DNA of 64,000 bases from a virus (Duplodnaviria > Caudoviricetes). The notes below the pieces were generated by a model. That model made no database searches, had not been told where the DNA came from, and saw only the letters and a program-made list of their open reading frames with translations. This document shows, in pieces, positions 1-10,910 of this stretch; position 1 is the first letter of the stretch; each line of letters begins with the position of its first letter. The stretch is taken from the IMG/VR virus record IMGVR_UViG_3300021387_001758, positions 1-64,000 of that record. The stretch is one strand, 5' to 3'. The position numbers were made by a program, and so were the translations under genes.

Positions 1-2743
1 CTTCTGCGTCAAGGAAACCTTGTTTTTGATAACCTTCTATAGCCGTTGCCCGCTGTTCTGCAAAAGCTTTTTCATATTCTTTTGCATAAGTTGGACTGCT
101 TTTTACTAAAGAATCAACAATTCTTTCTTGTGATTCTTGGGCAAGTTTTGTATAGCCACCTTTATCGTTTTGCTGTCCCGCAAGCAATAAATCAGCAACA
201 TTTACACCATTACCTGCTTCTGCGTTTTTTGTTAATGATTTGGCAATACCTTTGTTAGTAAGTTGGCCAATCGTATCTAATTTCTTTGGATCAGGTGTAA
301 TTGCTTCATATAAAGCTTTATTCAAATCTTTTTTTAAGCCAGGATTGGTTTTTAAAATATAGCTTTGTTGAGAGGTGTTCATGCCACCCATTTTTTCTCC
401 AACATCACTAAAATTATAATTACCATATATAAAACGACCTTTTTCGATTTTTTCTGGTATAACTTTTCGATCGCCTTTTAATAAACCTCTAATATCTTTT
501 TCTGTTGTTCTAAATTCTGTTCTTTCTAAACCACCAGATGAATTTTTATTAGCGTTATTAATATCAGCCGCTTTAGGCATGGCGTTAAGTATTTGATCTA
601 ATTTACTAACAATTGGTTGGACTGTAGCAGCATTTTTTTCTTGAGTACGACCAGTGACACCAGCAAAGAAGCCACCTTTTACACTAGGGTCTATAGCCTT
701 TCCAAGAAATCCTAATCCACTATTAATAAATTTTCCAGCTACTTTTAAACCCATAAAAGCTGTTGATAAAGAAAGAACAGTTTTTGTAACGTCTTTTAAA
801 GGACCAGTAAGACTACTAACTTTATCAATAATTTTATTAATACCTTCAATAATTGTTGTGCCGAAATCAACTGCACCTTTAACAAATTTGTTATTGGCGA
901 TACTCATCGTAAATTGATCCCAAGCATTTTTAAATTTGTTCAGCTTGGCTTCCATAGAATCCAATGTTTTAGCAAACTGAACATTAGATGCTCCTGCAGC
1001 ATCATTAGCATAACCTACCAATTCCATGGTTCTACTATAATTAGATACCATAGCAATAAAACGGGATTGCTGTCTAGAACCGGCTGCGATAGTAGCTATA
1101 TATCTTTGTTGAGTTTGAGATAATCCATCCCATTTTTTCGAAATATCTAAAAACACATCATCCAAATCACGGAATTTATCTCTACTATCCATTAACTCTA
1201 CGCCAATGGTTTTTAATGCTTTGTCAACTCTGTTAAAGTTAACCTCTTCTCCTTCAACCTCAGAAATACCATAAGGATTTTCCTTCAATTCTTGGAAACG
1301 AGCAACAATTGTTTTCATCGCTGTACCCAAGTTCTCAGGAGCTTCTCTTGTGGTTTCAATCATGTTAGCAAGGAAAGCTGCCGTTGTTTCAAATTCCATA
1401 TTAGCTGAGTGAGCAATCGAAGCAGTACGCTCCATGGCTTCACCAAGCTCTCTCGTGTCTGATGCGGTTTTAGCGGCTAAGTTTGAATAAACATCATTAA
1501 TTCGTTTAGCAGAAGCCTCATTAAGCTCCATATTGAAACCACGAAGTGCCGCAGTCATCATATCTGTGGCTTCAGCAGCTTCAAGACCACCGATACGAGC
1601 CATTTTAAGAGTCTCAGTAGCAAGACCCATAGCTTGATCAGTTTCTAGACCCTGTTGATAGTAAAGAGTTGCCGCTTGATATACGTCATTAATAGTTGAT
1701 CCAAGTTCATTAGCACTTTTAGTATACTGTGGCAACATTTTCCACATATCACCAACACTAAAGTCAGTAACAACCGCTGTTTCAGTCATCGATGCATCAA
1801 GTTCTTTAATAGTTTCTACCGCATCTTGGATACCACGTTTCAATAACTGGAACATATTCTGCAAACTAAAGAAATAATTAGCTTGAGATTTTAATTGTTC
1901 CATTTGTTGATTAGCAGTTAAAATCCCATTGGCCGCGTCCATCGCGCCCTGTTCCATTTGGCGCAAACCACCTGCGGTATCTTCAGCACCAGACTTAATA
2001 GCGCTTAAATTACCAGTTACATTTTCTTTCTCTATGTTTACCGCATCATTTATTGCAGTATTCATCTTATCTAATTGAGGAAGAAATTCTTGAATTTCTT
2101 TCTCTCCCGCATCAAGTGCGGTAACCATAGCGGTTTTCATAGTTTGCCATTCTTGAGTGTCAAGCTTCTTACCATTATATCGTTCCATATAAGTAATAAG
2201 CTCTGCCCATTCTGAACTGGCTTTAGAAAGGTCTCCCGCATTAATGGCTCGAACTAATCCAGTATATATTTCTTTAGTTCTTGATCCATTCTTTAAAAGC
2301 TTGTCCATTCCCGAAAGCGCGCCCTGTAAATTAATAGTAGGATTAAACATCGCGCCTTTGGCCGCGGTTGACATTTCTTGTTTTATATCTTTAATTTGCT
2401 GTCTTAAATTAAGAATTTGTGTAGTATCTATATTTAAGTCAAGTATTTCTTGTCCACTAAGTTTACCTAAATCTTTTACAAATGTATTTAATAGTGAATC
2501 TGCTTTCTGTAATTCTTTTCCAAAGGAAGTAACATCTCCAGGCTTAGTGAAACCTTGAGCCTGTTGTGTTTGTAATTTCTCCATGGAAAGAATAATGTTA
2601 CTAATATCTTTTTCTAGTTTCCCACCAATTTTTTCAGGCATTTTAATACCACGCAAAGCAGTTTGAATTTGCTTTACGTTGCTAATAACATCTTTAAAAT
2701 CGCCTATCGCCCTAATTTTAAGCTCAACTGTGTTACCAGCCAT
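1..2743 (-). CDS. Phage tail tape measure protein, N-terminal part (runs off the left edge)
   Basis: ATG at 2743 after a GGAGGAGA RBS; hand-translated segments of this frame; TP901-type tape-measure core (LDASMTETAVVTDFSVGDMW...AATLYYQQG...LKMARIGGLEAAEATDMMTAALRGF). Absent from the ORF track, presumably because no stop lies in the window. Confidence 0.9.
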   Translation of the reverse strand, partial: MAGNTVELKIRAIGDFKDVISNVKQIQTALRGIKMPEKIGGKLEKDISNIILSMEKLQTQQAQGFTKPGDVTSFGKELQKADSLLNTFVKDLGKLSGQEILDLNIDTTQILNLRQQIKDIKQEMSTAAKGAMFNPTINLQGALSGMDKLLKNGSRTKEIYTGLVRAINAGDLSKASSEWAELITYMERYNGKKLDTQEWQTMKTAMVTALDAGEKEIQEFLPQLDKMNTAINDAVNIEKENVTGNLSAIKSGAEDTAGGLRQMEQGAMDAANGILTANQQMEQLKSQANYFFSLQNMFQLLKRGIQDAVETIKELDASMTETAVVTDFSVGDMWKMLPQYTKSANELGSTINDVYQAATLYYQQGLETDQAMGLATETLKMARIGGLEAAEATDMMTAALRGFNMELNEASAKRINDVYSNLAAKTASDTRELGEAMERTASIAHSANMEFETTAAFLANMIETTREAPENLGTAMKTIVARFQELKENPYGISEVEGEEVNFNRVDKALKTIGVELMDSRDKFRDLDDVFLDISKKWDGLSQTQQRYIATIAAGSRQQSRFIAMVSNYSRTMELVGYANDAAGASNVQFAKTLDSMEAKLNKFKNAWDQFTMSIANNKFVKGAVDFGTTIIEGINKIIDKVSSLTGPLKDVTKTVLSLSTAFMGLKVAGKFINSGLGFLGKAIDPSVKGGFFAGVTGRTQEKNAATVQPIVSKLDQILNAMPKAADINNANKNSSGGLERTEFRTTEKDIRGLLKGDRKVIPEKIEKGRFIYGNYNFSDVGEKMGGMNTSQQSYILKTNPGLKKDLNKALYEAITPDPKKLDTIGQLTNKGIAKSLTKNAEAGNGVNVADLLLAGQQNDKGGYTKLAQESQERIVDSLVKSSPTYAKEYEKAFAEQRATAIEGYQKQGFLDAE

Positions 2744-2801
2744 TCTCTTCTCCTCCTATAGCAATTAAAAAATGACGTTAATTAAATTAACGTCATTTCC
2801 A

Positions 2802-3590
2802 TTAAAAATCACTATCTATATCTTCATTTAAATAAAAAATTTCCATAGCCTTTCCCCGATAAGCGGGTCCAACTGGCAAGCCTAACCCAGAAAATCTACC
2901 GACAACTGGTTCAGCATTAGTGCCTAATGTTATAGATAAATCCGACGTTAATTTTAATTTTGGAATTTGTAAAATTCCAGTCTTTACTTGTCCGGTTATA
3001 TCATCTTTAACCTTTGTTCTCCCTTCACAAGAAACGTATCCGTTTATCGCTTCTTGGCCTATAGTCAATACCTTTACCTCATCTCCATAAATATACTCAT
3101 AATCCACTATAACATTAGTATATGGTAAAGATATATCAATTTCAGTGTCGGAAATCATCTGCGCGCCGGTAATCTTTTCTTTTGTTCCTTCGTTATAAAT
3201 AAAAATCCATGCTGAAGCAGGAGTTTTAGTTAAAGTAATAACACCATTCTCGTTTGATTCTAAATAGTCTCTTTGAGCTATGGATATTTGATTACTTTCG
3301 ACCGAAGACAGTTTACTATTTGTCATTAAAGCAAATTGTTTACTAGAAAAAATTCCTTGAGCAAAGTCTAATTTAATTCCTTTGGTGGTAGTCCAAATGA
3401 CTCTTATTCGGTTTTCTATACCACCTTCCGCAGCAACCATTTTCTTAATCTCTTGAAAATTGGCCAACATTATTTTGTCAAATGCTGCGATGACCTCACC
3501 TTCGGCATAATTGATTCCACCCATCTCTATAGGATAAGTGGCTTTAAAGACTACAGAGTATAGTTCTCTCATGCCAAATTCATTATTCAT
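2802..3590 (-). CDS. Tail-associated hypothetical protein
   Basis: 262 aa ORF between tail tube and tape measure genes. Confidence 0.5.
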   Translation of the reverse strand: MNNEFGMRELYSVVFKATYPIEMGGINYAEGEVIAAFDKIMLANFQEIKKMVAAEGGIENRIRVIWTTTKGIKLDFAQGIFSSKQFALMTNSKLSSVESNQISIAQRDYLESNENGVITLTKTPASAWIFIYNEGTKEKITGAQMISDTEIDISLPYTNVIVDYEYIYGDEVKVLTIGQEAINGYVSCEGRTKVKDDITGQVKTGILQIPKLKLTSDLSITLGTNAEPVVGRFSGLGLPVGPAYRGKAMEIFYLNEDIDSDF

Positions 3591-3662
3591 TTTTTGTCTC
3601 CTAGCAAAAAGTGGGGAGACACCGCCTCCCCACCTTAGTAGCCTTATTTAATTAATTAGTCA

Positions 3663-4631
3663 CTATTCTACTTCACTTGAAGGAAGCGAATCTTCTACCG
3701 GATTGCCACCAATCGTCGATAAACTAGCAGCCCAACCAGCATTTTCTACTGATTTTTTATCATACTTAGTTAATACGGATGCAACACCCTTATTCTTAGT
3801 GACATCACCAGATGTAGCGTCTTGCATTGTGTACTTAACAAGTCTGAACATAGCTCCATCAGCAGCTCTCAGAACGTTAATATTCATTGAGAATGTAGCC
3901 GGATCACCATCAGCTTCCATTGTCAGTGACAGATCTTCTGCAGAAACCTTTCCTTTCGGAATAATGAATTGAAGGAATTCATCCTGTCCATTCTGATAGT
4001 TTCTAGCATATGTATCACCAGTGATGTAATATGTTCCACCAAATGTAGAAGCATCAATTGTGATTTCCAGACCGTCAACCATTGCCTTAGTACCTGTTTG
4101 GTTTTCAGGTGGTACTGCTGTAACAGCATCTAAAATATCAAAAGTGATGAAATCAATTTGAGCTGCATTTGCGGCAACTGGTTTTACATCAGAACCCTGA
4201 TATACATAATAAGTAGCTTTACTCTTATCTAAGTATAAAGTGTATTTTCCAACTGGAATTTTCCAGAACTTCTGTTCCTGTGTAGTAGTACCAGCTGTTT
4301 CAATCTGTTCATATTGCACAGTTTTAAGAACTTCTTGATTAGCACCATTACTTTGAACTTTTCCACCAAACATAATAGCCAGTGATTTAACGCTGAACAG
4401 TGCATCCTCAAATGTAGCCGTAACTTCCTTATTTGTATCCCAAGAAATCAGCTTAACGTTACCTTTACCACCAGTAGCATCAACAACTTCAGCACTCTGC
4501 TCAATAGTTGAAACCTTTAATGTGTCCAGGTAAAGAACTGGAGCAGAAGGCGCACCTTTGCTATCCATTTCATAAAAGACAACATCAGCTACTTCTTTGA
4601 TACCATATTTATCAAGAATACTACTTGCCAT
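3663..4631 (-). CDS. Probable major tail (tube) protein
   Basis: 322 aa, beta-rich, G/T/D-rich (DATGGKGN, LTMEADGDPATFSMNI); synteny; hairpin at ~3609-3635 between it and the next gene. Confidence 0.65.
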   Translation of the reverse strand: MASSILDKYGIKEVADVVFYEMDSKGAPSAPVLYLDTLKVSTIEQSAEVVDATGGKGNVKLISWDTNKEVTATFEDALFSVKSLAIMFGGKVQSNGANQEVLKTVQYEQIETAGTTTQEQKFWKIPVGKYTLYLDKSKATYYVYQGSDVKPVAANAAQIDFITFDILDAVTAVPPENQTGTKAMVDGLEITIDASTFGGTYYITGDTYARNYQNGQDEFLQFIIPKGKVSAEDLSLTMEADGDPATFSMNINVLRAADGAMFRLVKYTMQDATSGDVTKNKGVASVLTKYDKKSVENAGWAASLSTIGGNPVEDSLPSSEVE

Positions 4632-4649
4632 ATTAAATAGCCTCCTATC

Positions 4650-5375
4650 TTATTTTATCCAATATTTTGGTTTAATCTTTTTAGAATCCGCCCCAGCTAA
4701 CAAGCATCTAATATCAATATCATATGCCTCTTTATTCTGATATGTTTCTATTAGATAAGCTACTGAAGCATAACTTATCTCTCCTATGTTAAGTGGATTC
4801 AGACCGATCCCCATACAACAAATTGCGGTCAATAAGCTACCCAATGTTTGCTTACTACGTCTTGCTTTAATTCGTTCTCTCATACGGCCTTTAGCCTTAA
4901 TCCTTTTAACACGAGGATCCTCATTGGGGTTAGGAGGTTCGATATCCTCTAATCCCATACAATTTCTAATTTTATTTTGAAATTCAAAATAATTATTTGC
5001 ATCTATTATTCTTGGGTTTACCAAATCTACATCAGGATCAATATCTTCTTCTTTCTTTCCAACTATTATTACTTCCAGCTCTGGAAAAATCGCAACAGGT
5101 TCTTTTAAGAAAAATTCAAACCCATCTAATAATTGTTGTCGATTTTTAACTTCTTGGTGATATGTAATTAATAAATATTCAAAAGGAGTAGGAATATAAT
5201 TTACACCAACTTCATCAGCATAAGCATCTTCTATTTCCTCTTGACTCAAAGTTAATGCTGCCCGATATATATTAAAATCTTCTAAACCCACAACGTCATT
5301 AACAGAAGGAGGATATATTTTACATATATCCTTATAAGCAATAGGTAACTTTAATAAAAGTTGTTCACTAATCAT
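4650..5375 (-). CDS. Hypothetical tail-region protein
   Basis: 241 aa ORF with RBS; position only. Confidence 0.45.
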   Translation of the reverse strand: MISEQLLLKLPIAYKDICKIYPPSVNDVVGLEDFNIYRAALTLSQEEIEDAYADEVGVNYIPTPFEYLLITYHQEVKNRQQLLDGFEFFLKEPVAIFPELEVIIVGKKEEDIDPDVDLVNPRIIDANNYFEFQNKIRNCMGLEDIEPPNPNEDPRVKRIKAKGRMRERIKARRSKQTLGSLLTAICCMGIGLNPLNIGEISYASVAYLIETYQNKEAYDIDIRCLLAGADSKKIKPKYWIK

Positions 5376-5859
5376 AAGTAATTAATGAGAACGTTTGTTC
5401 ATAAGCCGAAATCTCTTCTGTTAAGAAGTTTAAATCAAAATCTCCACCAACCATTTTTCCTAAACCGTTTATAGTTTTATCATTTAAAGACTTTTGTATC
5501 TCACCCATTATAGCGAATGGCCGCAAATTCGTTCCTTTTATAATCCATTGGGTTAAAGGAACAAAACTCTCAACCGCAACACTAATATTTTCAAACTCAC
5601 TATTAGTACGATTTCTGCGCCCGCGCGTAAAACGTATTGAAATAATTGAATGAGCTGTCTCTTTTGGGCCAACTCTAGGAATTATTTTAACTAATTTCTC
5701 AAATACTTCATTCTGTATTTGTTCTTCAGTAAGATCTGGTTGGGATAATGGATCTTTATCAGTATAATAAAGTAGTTTTAGAAGATTTTGATTTGCTAAT
5801 AAACGCTTCATAATTTTTTGAGCATTTTCACCTAACTCAATACAATTTCTTACTCCCAT
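5368..5859 (-). CDS. Putative tail terminator/completion protein
   Basis: 163 aa; synteny upstream of tail tube. Confidence 0.4.
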   Translation of the reverse strand: MGVRNCIELGENAQKIMKRLLANQNLLKLLYYTDKDPLSQPDLTEEQIQNEVFEKLVKIIPRVGPKETAHSIISIRFTRGRRNRTNSEFENISVAVESFVPLTQWIIKGTNLRPFAIMGEIQKSLNDKTINGLGKMVGGDFDLNFLTEEISAYEQTFSLITYD

Positions 5860-5861
5860 AA

Positions 5862-6587
5862 TTACTCACCCCCATTATTAAGCCAATAGAAATCTTCACT
5901 ATTGTCTTCTTCTGTTTGAACGGGTTTTTCACTATGGTCATATAAATAAATAGGATCGACTGTTACAAATTCTACACCTGGATTAGATTGTATGTCATGA
6001 CCAGTAACGCGATAAGCTTCAGTTATCGCACCACTAGTAATTTCTAAATAATCGTCTTTTCTTAAATAAGGAGTGGCAGGAAGAATAAAGAAACTTGTTT
6101 TTAAGTTTTCTGTATAAATAGTATCCATACGACTTCTTGAACGAATTTCGTCTTTCAACATATTATCTTCTTGCCCATACATATAAGCCCAAGAACTTCT
6201 CTCAACGCCCTCTCTATCTTTCCAGGTTATATAATGAGTCATCTTAATAACAAAATATCTGTTATATCCACTCGTTTTTATACTTTCTAAGTAATAAACT
6301 AACCACGGCTGCTCTTCTCCATCTTTATCTGGAATCATTAAAACTGTACCATGCGGCATATTTAATGTAAGTCGTGTCAAAAGATATTGAATAGTCTTTG
6401 TTTCATTCTGACTCTTTCTAACTAACTCGCCTTCCTGTTCTTTTCCATCATATAGAAACTGAACATAATAGATAGATTTTTCGAGTTGGCGCTCGAAGTT
6501 TTCTTCTCTTTGAGCTTGTAGGCGAGATTGAAAGTCGACACCATATCTATTTAATCTTTTTAAATAAATATCTTCATAATAACTCAT
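5862..6587 (-). CDS. Putative head closure/head-tail joining protein
   Basis: 241 aa; synteny downstream of capsid. Confidence 0.45.
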   Translation of the reverse strand: MSYYEDIYLKRLNRYGVDFQSRLQAQREENFERQLEKSIYYVQFLYDGKEQEGELVRKSQNETKTIQYLLTRLTLNMPHGTVLMIPDKDGEEQPWLVYYLESIKTSGYNRYFVIKMTHYITWKDREGVERSSWAYMYGQEDNMLKDEIRSRSRMDTIYTENLKTSFFILPATPYLRKDDYLEITSGAITEAYRVTGHDIQSNPGVEFVTVDPIYLYDHSEKPVQTEEDNSEDFYWLNNGGE

Positions 6588-6862
6588 TCGTCTTCACCTA
6601 CTTTAGTAATTAAAGACATACAATCAAAAATTGTGCTTCTAAAATATTCATATTTCAAATATCTTAAGGCCGCAATTTTATGATATAAAATGTAATAATT
6701 TATTGTGCGCTCGTCTTCGGAAAAACCTTCTAATTCAATAAGAATCGAATCAAGAAACTTCTCCCACTCGCGCCCCTTCTCAAACTCACAAAGTAATCCA
6801 AATAACTTGCTCTTTAATTTATTATGATACCCCTCTAATACTATTTCCGAACCTCTAGACAT
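6584..6862 (-). CDS. Hypothetical protein (likely start MSRGSE)
   Basis: ORF track 6584..6886; start re-placed at 6862, overlapping the upstream stop. Confidence 0.5.
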   Translation of the reverse strand: MSRGSEIVLEGYHNKLKSKLFGLLCEFEKGREWEKFLDSILIELEGFSEDERTINYYILYHKIAALRYLKYEYFRSTIFDCMSLITKVGEDE

Positions 6863-7295
6863 TCCCATCACCAGCAAGTCCAGCATAGTTATATGGCTTA
6901 TTATTTCTAGAACGATAATATACTCTTTCTAATTTAAGAGCATTATATCTTTCTTCTTCTAATAAACCTTTCAACTTATCAAGTAAATTAGCTTGAGAAA
7001 AGTCTCTTTCAACATAGAGGGGTTTAACATTTTCCCAAGTCATAATTGACCTATTGAGCCACTCGCACTTCATAAGCTGTGCAAGAATTTGGATTTCTTC
7101 ATTAGTAACATCGTCAACAAAAGCTTCTTCTTCCTCATCAATTTCCAAGCTAACTCTTGGAAATTTGAAATAAGGAATTGCAGCATCTAGTAAGGATCGC
7201 CAATCAGCTTTCAGTTCTTCTTCTGTCCAAGTTGCCCATTCATCTTCTGTTATTTTTGACAAAAAAGCATCATATACTAATTGTAACGAAGTCAT
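6855..7295 (-). CDS. Putative head-tail adaptor
   Basis: 146 aa helical acidic protein; synteny. Confidence 0.45.
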   Translation of the reverse strand: MTSLQLVYDAFLSKITEDEWATWTEEELKADWRSLLDAAIPYFKFPRVSLEIDEEEEAFVDDVTNEEIQILAQLMKCEWLNRSIMTWENVKPLYVERDFSQANLLDKLKGLLEEERYNALKLERVYYRSRNNKPYNYAGLAGDGNV

Positions 7296-7306
7296 TTCTC
7301 CCTCCT

Positions 7307-7801
7307 TTATTCAGTAATTGGATCAACTTCTTCTTTTGCCTTTCTATTCAATTTAATAGCAGTAATAATATCAGTTTGAGTTAACTCTTTTAAGTATTCA
7401 CACTTCTCGAAATCGGTATATTCTTTTTCGATAGCATATTCAACAAGAAGACGAACCTGTTCAATCGGAGCCTTATTAATCTCTGCTTTAAACTCACTAA
7501 GAGGCATAACTTTCATTAACCGATCCATTTTCTTTTCATCAAAGGTAATAATGTTAACAGGTTCAACAGCATCTTCAGGCTCTAAACCTAACGCTTTCTT
7601 AACCTCTAAATCATCTATACCTAAAATACCCTGCTTGAACATATACTCAACACCAGGGTCATAAATCAGCTCTTCTAAAACATCAAAATCAATAGTCTTA
7701 ACGGCGCCCCTGCGTTCCCAAACTCTTTTAAGTCTGAATTCATCGCTCTGAATAACAATTCTACCGTTAGTTAAACTTTCAATCTTAACTTTCTTATTCA
7801 T
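7307..7801 (-). CDS. Hypothetical head-region protein
   Basis: 164 aa directly after capsid gene. Confidence 0.5.
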   Translation of the reverse strand: MNKKVKIESLTNGRIVIQSDEFRLKRVWERRGAVKTIDFDVLEELIYDPGVEYMFKQGILGIDDLEVKKALGLEPEDAVEPVNIITFDEKKMDRLMKVMPLSEFKAEINKAPIEQVRLLVEYAIEKEYTDFEKCEYLKELTQTDIITAIKLNRKAKEEVDPITE

Positions 7802-7872
7802 TTCATTACTCCTTTTAACTCATAATTAGATGGGGAGAGAAGAACCTCTCCCCATTATTAACTACATTCTAA

Positions 7873-8928
7873 TTAAAATCCGTAAGGATTATCCTGTGTA
7901 TCAGTAATACCTGTATTCTTATAAGCACCCCAGTTATGCTCAGCTAAGATAGCAGCACCAAGCTTTCTGTAAGTGTGGATTTCCATTGACTGATCTCTGT
8001 TCTGGAAGTCATAAATCTGAGTATTTCCTTCCAGTACAACTTTAACAACCTTATCTCCACCTGTAGGCAGAACATAAGCAATCTGAGGACTCAGCCAAGT
8101 CTTAGTATTACTTTCATCCGTAAAGTTATTCGGCATCATAACGATCGGAGTACCTCTAAAGATATTGATGTAACCCTGGTTGTGAATAGCATCGATATCT
8201 TGCGGATGATAAACGCCACCATAGTTTCCACTTGCAGGAACTGGAACGATAGCATCTGGACCCATAGCCGCGATGAATTCAGGTGGTGCAAATATAACTG
8301 CGCCATTACCATAAGATCTAACAACTCTAACGAGGTTAAACATATCATCGCCATTAAATTTGTTGGCAACAACTTTATTTGTAGTTGAAGTATTACCAAC
8401 AGCGTCAACAGCAGCTTTCAGTGCTTTATGCACTTCCAGATAAACGGAATCAACCATACCTTCAGTTATAACTTCCATTAAGTCAGCCATAACTTCAGAA
8501 CCATCTAACATTCTTTCGAAGTCGATAGTAGTAGCTCCGCCGATAGCATGAGGCGTAACTTCGAAGTTCTTCACATCAAGTCTAAATGTCTCATATACAC
8601 CAGACAGACCAACTTGAGTGAGGAATTTTCTTGCTCTAGTCTTACCAATCTTCTGTTTGAAAACAGCTTTTTGGCCTTGACCAACTGTTCTAACTTCTGC
8701 AAACATACCAATCGCATCAATAACCTTTGCAGGAACGATTTCGTCTACAGTTTCAACAATAATTTCATAGATATCAAATCTATTTTTCATAAACTGGTTA
8801 ACTGAACCAGCCAGCTCTCTGAAACCATCTGCTAAAGCAGCATCAACACTTTCAACAGAATAATTAGCAGGAGCTTCATTCTTAGCAGCATACAGCGCTA
8901 ATTCTTTGAGTTCTTTTATAGTCATCAC
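7873..8928 (-). CDS. Major capsid protein (HK97-fold, inferred)
   Basis: 351 aa; strong GGGAGG RBS; downstream hairpin (~7830-7853); follows protease/scaffold. Confidence 0.75.
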   Translation of the reverse strand: MMTIKELKELALYAAKNEAPANYSVESVDAALADGFRELAGSVNQFMKNRFDIYEIIVETVDEIVPAKVIDAIGMFAEVRTVGQGQKAVFKQKIGKTRARKFLTQVGLSGVYETFRLDVKNFEVTPHAIGGATTIDFERMLDGSEVMADLMEVITEGMVDSVYLEVHKALKAAVDAVGNTSTTNKVVANKFNGDDMFNLVRVVRSYGNGAVIFAPPEFIAAMGPDAIVPVPASGNYGGVYHPQDIDAIHNQGYINIFRGTPIVMMPNNFTDESNTKTWLSPQIAYVLPTGGDKVVKVVLEGNTQIYDFQNRDQSMEIHTYRKLGAAILAEHNWGAYKNTGITDTQDNPYGF

Positions 8929-8942
8929 GTAACCTCCCCTAA

Positions 8943-9503
8943 TTAAGCTTCAAGTACTTGGAATTTCAGAGCAAACTGTCCATCAGGCATTGTAGTTCCT
9001 TCAACAACTTTTAGAATTGGACCAGCCTGTGGCTTAGTTTTAGTAACAAGGATTGCACCATTTGTGCCAACTCCACCATAAACAGGAGTAGCAGCCAGAG
9101 TAGCCTTTACTACAGCTGTCTTAAGAGCAGCATCATTAGCGAAATCAGTAGTGTCATAACCAATGCAGTTTGTAGTAAACAGATCACCTGCGGCAAGGTA
9201 ACCAATTCTCGGTAAGAATGTTCCTCTTTCCAGTTTGAAATCCTTTAAACCATTGTTGATGTTGTCATACATATGCTCAGCAGTATAGTTGATACCAATA
9301 GGCATATCTTTACTTGTATCTGCGAATTTAACCACACGATTGACTCTATCAACAGAAAGTAACATTCCGTTTTCAGCCGGAACATTAGCAAAGTCAGTGG
9401 CATCCAGCGCGCACTGAGCTTCAACTCTTCCATCTCTACGGAAAGCCGCGTTGTTTAATTCTAATTGACCGAATCCGTCAATAGTAAATCTTTTAAAAGC
9501 CAT
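8943..9503 (-). CDS. Probable capsid decoration/cement protein
   Basis: 186 aa Ala/Thr-rich protein between scaffold and capsid genes. Confidence 0.5.
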   Translation of the reverse strand: MAFKRFTIDGFGQLELNNAAFRRDGRVEAQCALDATDFANVPAENGMLLSVDRVNRVVKFADTSKDMPIGINYTAEHMYDNINNGLKDFKLERGTFLPRIGYLAAGDLFTTNCIGYDTTDFANDAALKTAVVKATLAATPVYGGVGTNGAILVTKTKPQAGPILKVVEGTTMPDGQFALKFQVLEA

Positions 9504-9518
9504 ATCTTTCCTCCAAAA

Positions 9519-10910
9519 TTATTCATACTTACTCAGAATTTTACCAAGACCAGTTTCTTCATCGTTATCTTTTGGATAGAGAGGAAGATCATTATCATTG
9601 GTGAAAAGGGTCGGAGTAGCAATAACTAAAGCAAAAGCTAATTCTTTTTCTAACTCTGTAGCTGTGTATTCAGCAATCTTCTCTTTCATATTATTAATGA
9701 AAGCTTCATCTAACTTCTCGGCATATTTATTAATAATAGCCATCTTTTCGGTAGTTTCGATGTTCAGTTTGTACTCTTTTAAAGTTTCAAGTTCTTTGTT
9801 AAGATCTTCAACAGTAGCTTCAGAATTGGTCAGATTTTCTAATGCATTATTTAATGCAACTTGCATTTCTCCCTTTTCTTCATTCAGAGAATTAATTGTA
9901 TTTTCATATTCATCAACTTTAGTAGCTAAAGTTTGATTATCATTTTGTAATTGCGAATAGTGAGTATCAATATTTTCAAAATCACTATTCAATTCATGTA
10001 AAGCTTCTAAAGCTTTCTTTTCTTTCTCGTTTACGTCTACGACATAAGCGACTTCCTGGTTAGTAATTTCTACTGAATCAGTTGCATCGTCTTTCGTATA
10101 GTAAACTCTCACATATCCGTTTTCATTCACATTGAAAGCAAGAGCATACTCATCATATACTTGACAAATCATATATGTGAGTTCCCATTCGCCTTCTTCA
10201 TTAAAATTCGGATTTAAAAGTGAAAACAGCATGTTACACTTCTGATTATCAGAAAGTTTATAATTAACTGTCATCTTTTCTCCTCCTTCGTTATTTTCTA
10301 AGGCATCTAAATTATAAGTTTCCAACTTATCTAAAATGCTTTCTAAACGAGTTAAGAAGTTTTGTTCTGTATAGAAGCTCGCGCCTTCAAAGCAAGGCTC
10401 TACATCACTTCCTAAAACTTGTAACCCTAAGAAGCATCCTTCTGTAAATACAAAATATTTTTTCCCATTTATATACTTCCAATCACCTTTAATTGATGGA
10501 GCATATAATTCCATGGATTGCGCTTGACCTACTATTTCATTTGCTTCTTTATAAATGCTAGTGAATAATAACACATCTACACAAGCATAATCTCTAGTTA
10601 CTCCATCTTCATCTACATGAGACTCCCATGCGAAATTTGGATTTTCAGGAACAATACCATAGATTCTACCCTCATAACGCTGGCGCCCATGATCGGTATA
10701 ATCTTCAGCTGTATTGTCGTAAATACCTTTTATTGGAGTATAGGGAAGAGTAGAAACAAGACTTTCCGCAAACTCATCCGTTATAAAAGTACGGTTTCTA
10801 TTACCCCCCTTATAGAAAATTCGGCATCTACCTTTAGTAAGAACTTGATTATATTCTTCAAGCGCGCCGTACAACGTAACGGGAAATTCAAATCTATCCT
10901 TATTCGCCAT
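9519..10910 (-). CDS. Prohead protease-scaffold fusion
   Basis: N-terminal globular domain (HGRQRYEGRIYG, QSMELY, VEPCFEGA) plus acidic coiled-coil C-terminus; GGAGG RBS supports start at 10910 (MANKDR). Confidence 0.65.
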   Translation of the reverse strand: MANKDRFEFPVTLYGALEEYNQVLTKGRCRIFYKGGNRNRTFITDEFAESLVSTLPYTPIKGIYDNTAEDYTDHGRQRYEGRIYGIVPENPNFAWESHVDEDGVTRDYACVDVLLFTSIYKEANEIVGQAQSMELYAPSIKGDWKYINGKKYFVFTEGCFLGLQVLGSDVEPCFEGASFYTEQNFLTRLESILDKLETYNLDALENNEGGEKMTVNYKLSDNQKCNMLFSLLNPNFNEEGEWELTYMICQVYDEYALAFNVNENGYVRVYYTKDDATDSVEITNQEVAYVVDVNEKEKKALEALHELNSDFENIDTHYSQLQNDNQTLATKVDEYENTINSLNEEKGEMQVALNNALENLTNSEATVEDLNKELETLKEYKLNIETTEKMAIINKYAEKLDEAFINNMKEKIAEYTATELEKELAFALVIATPTLFTNDNDLPLYPKDNDEETGLGKILSKYE

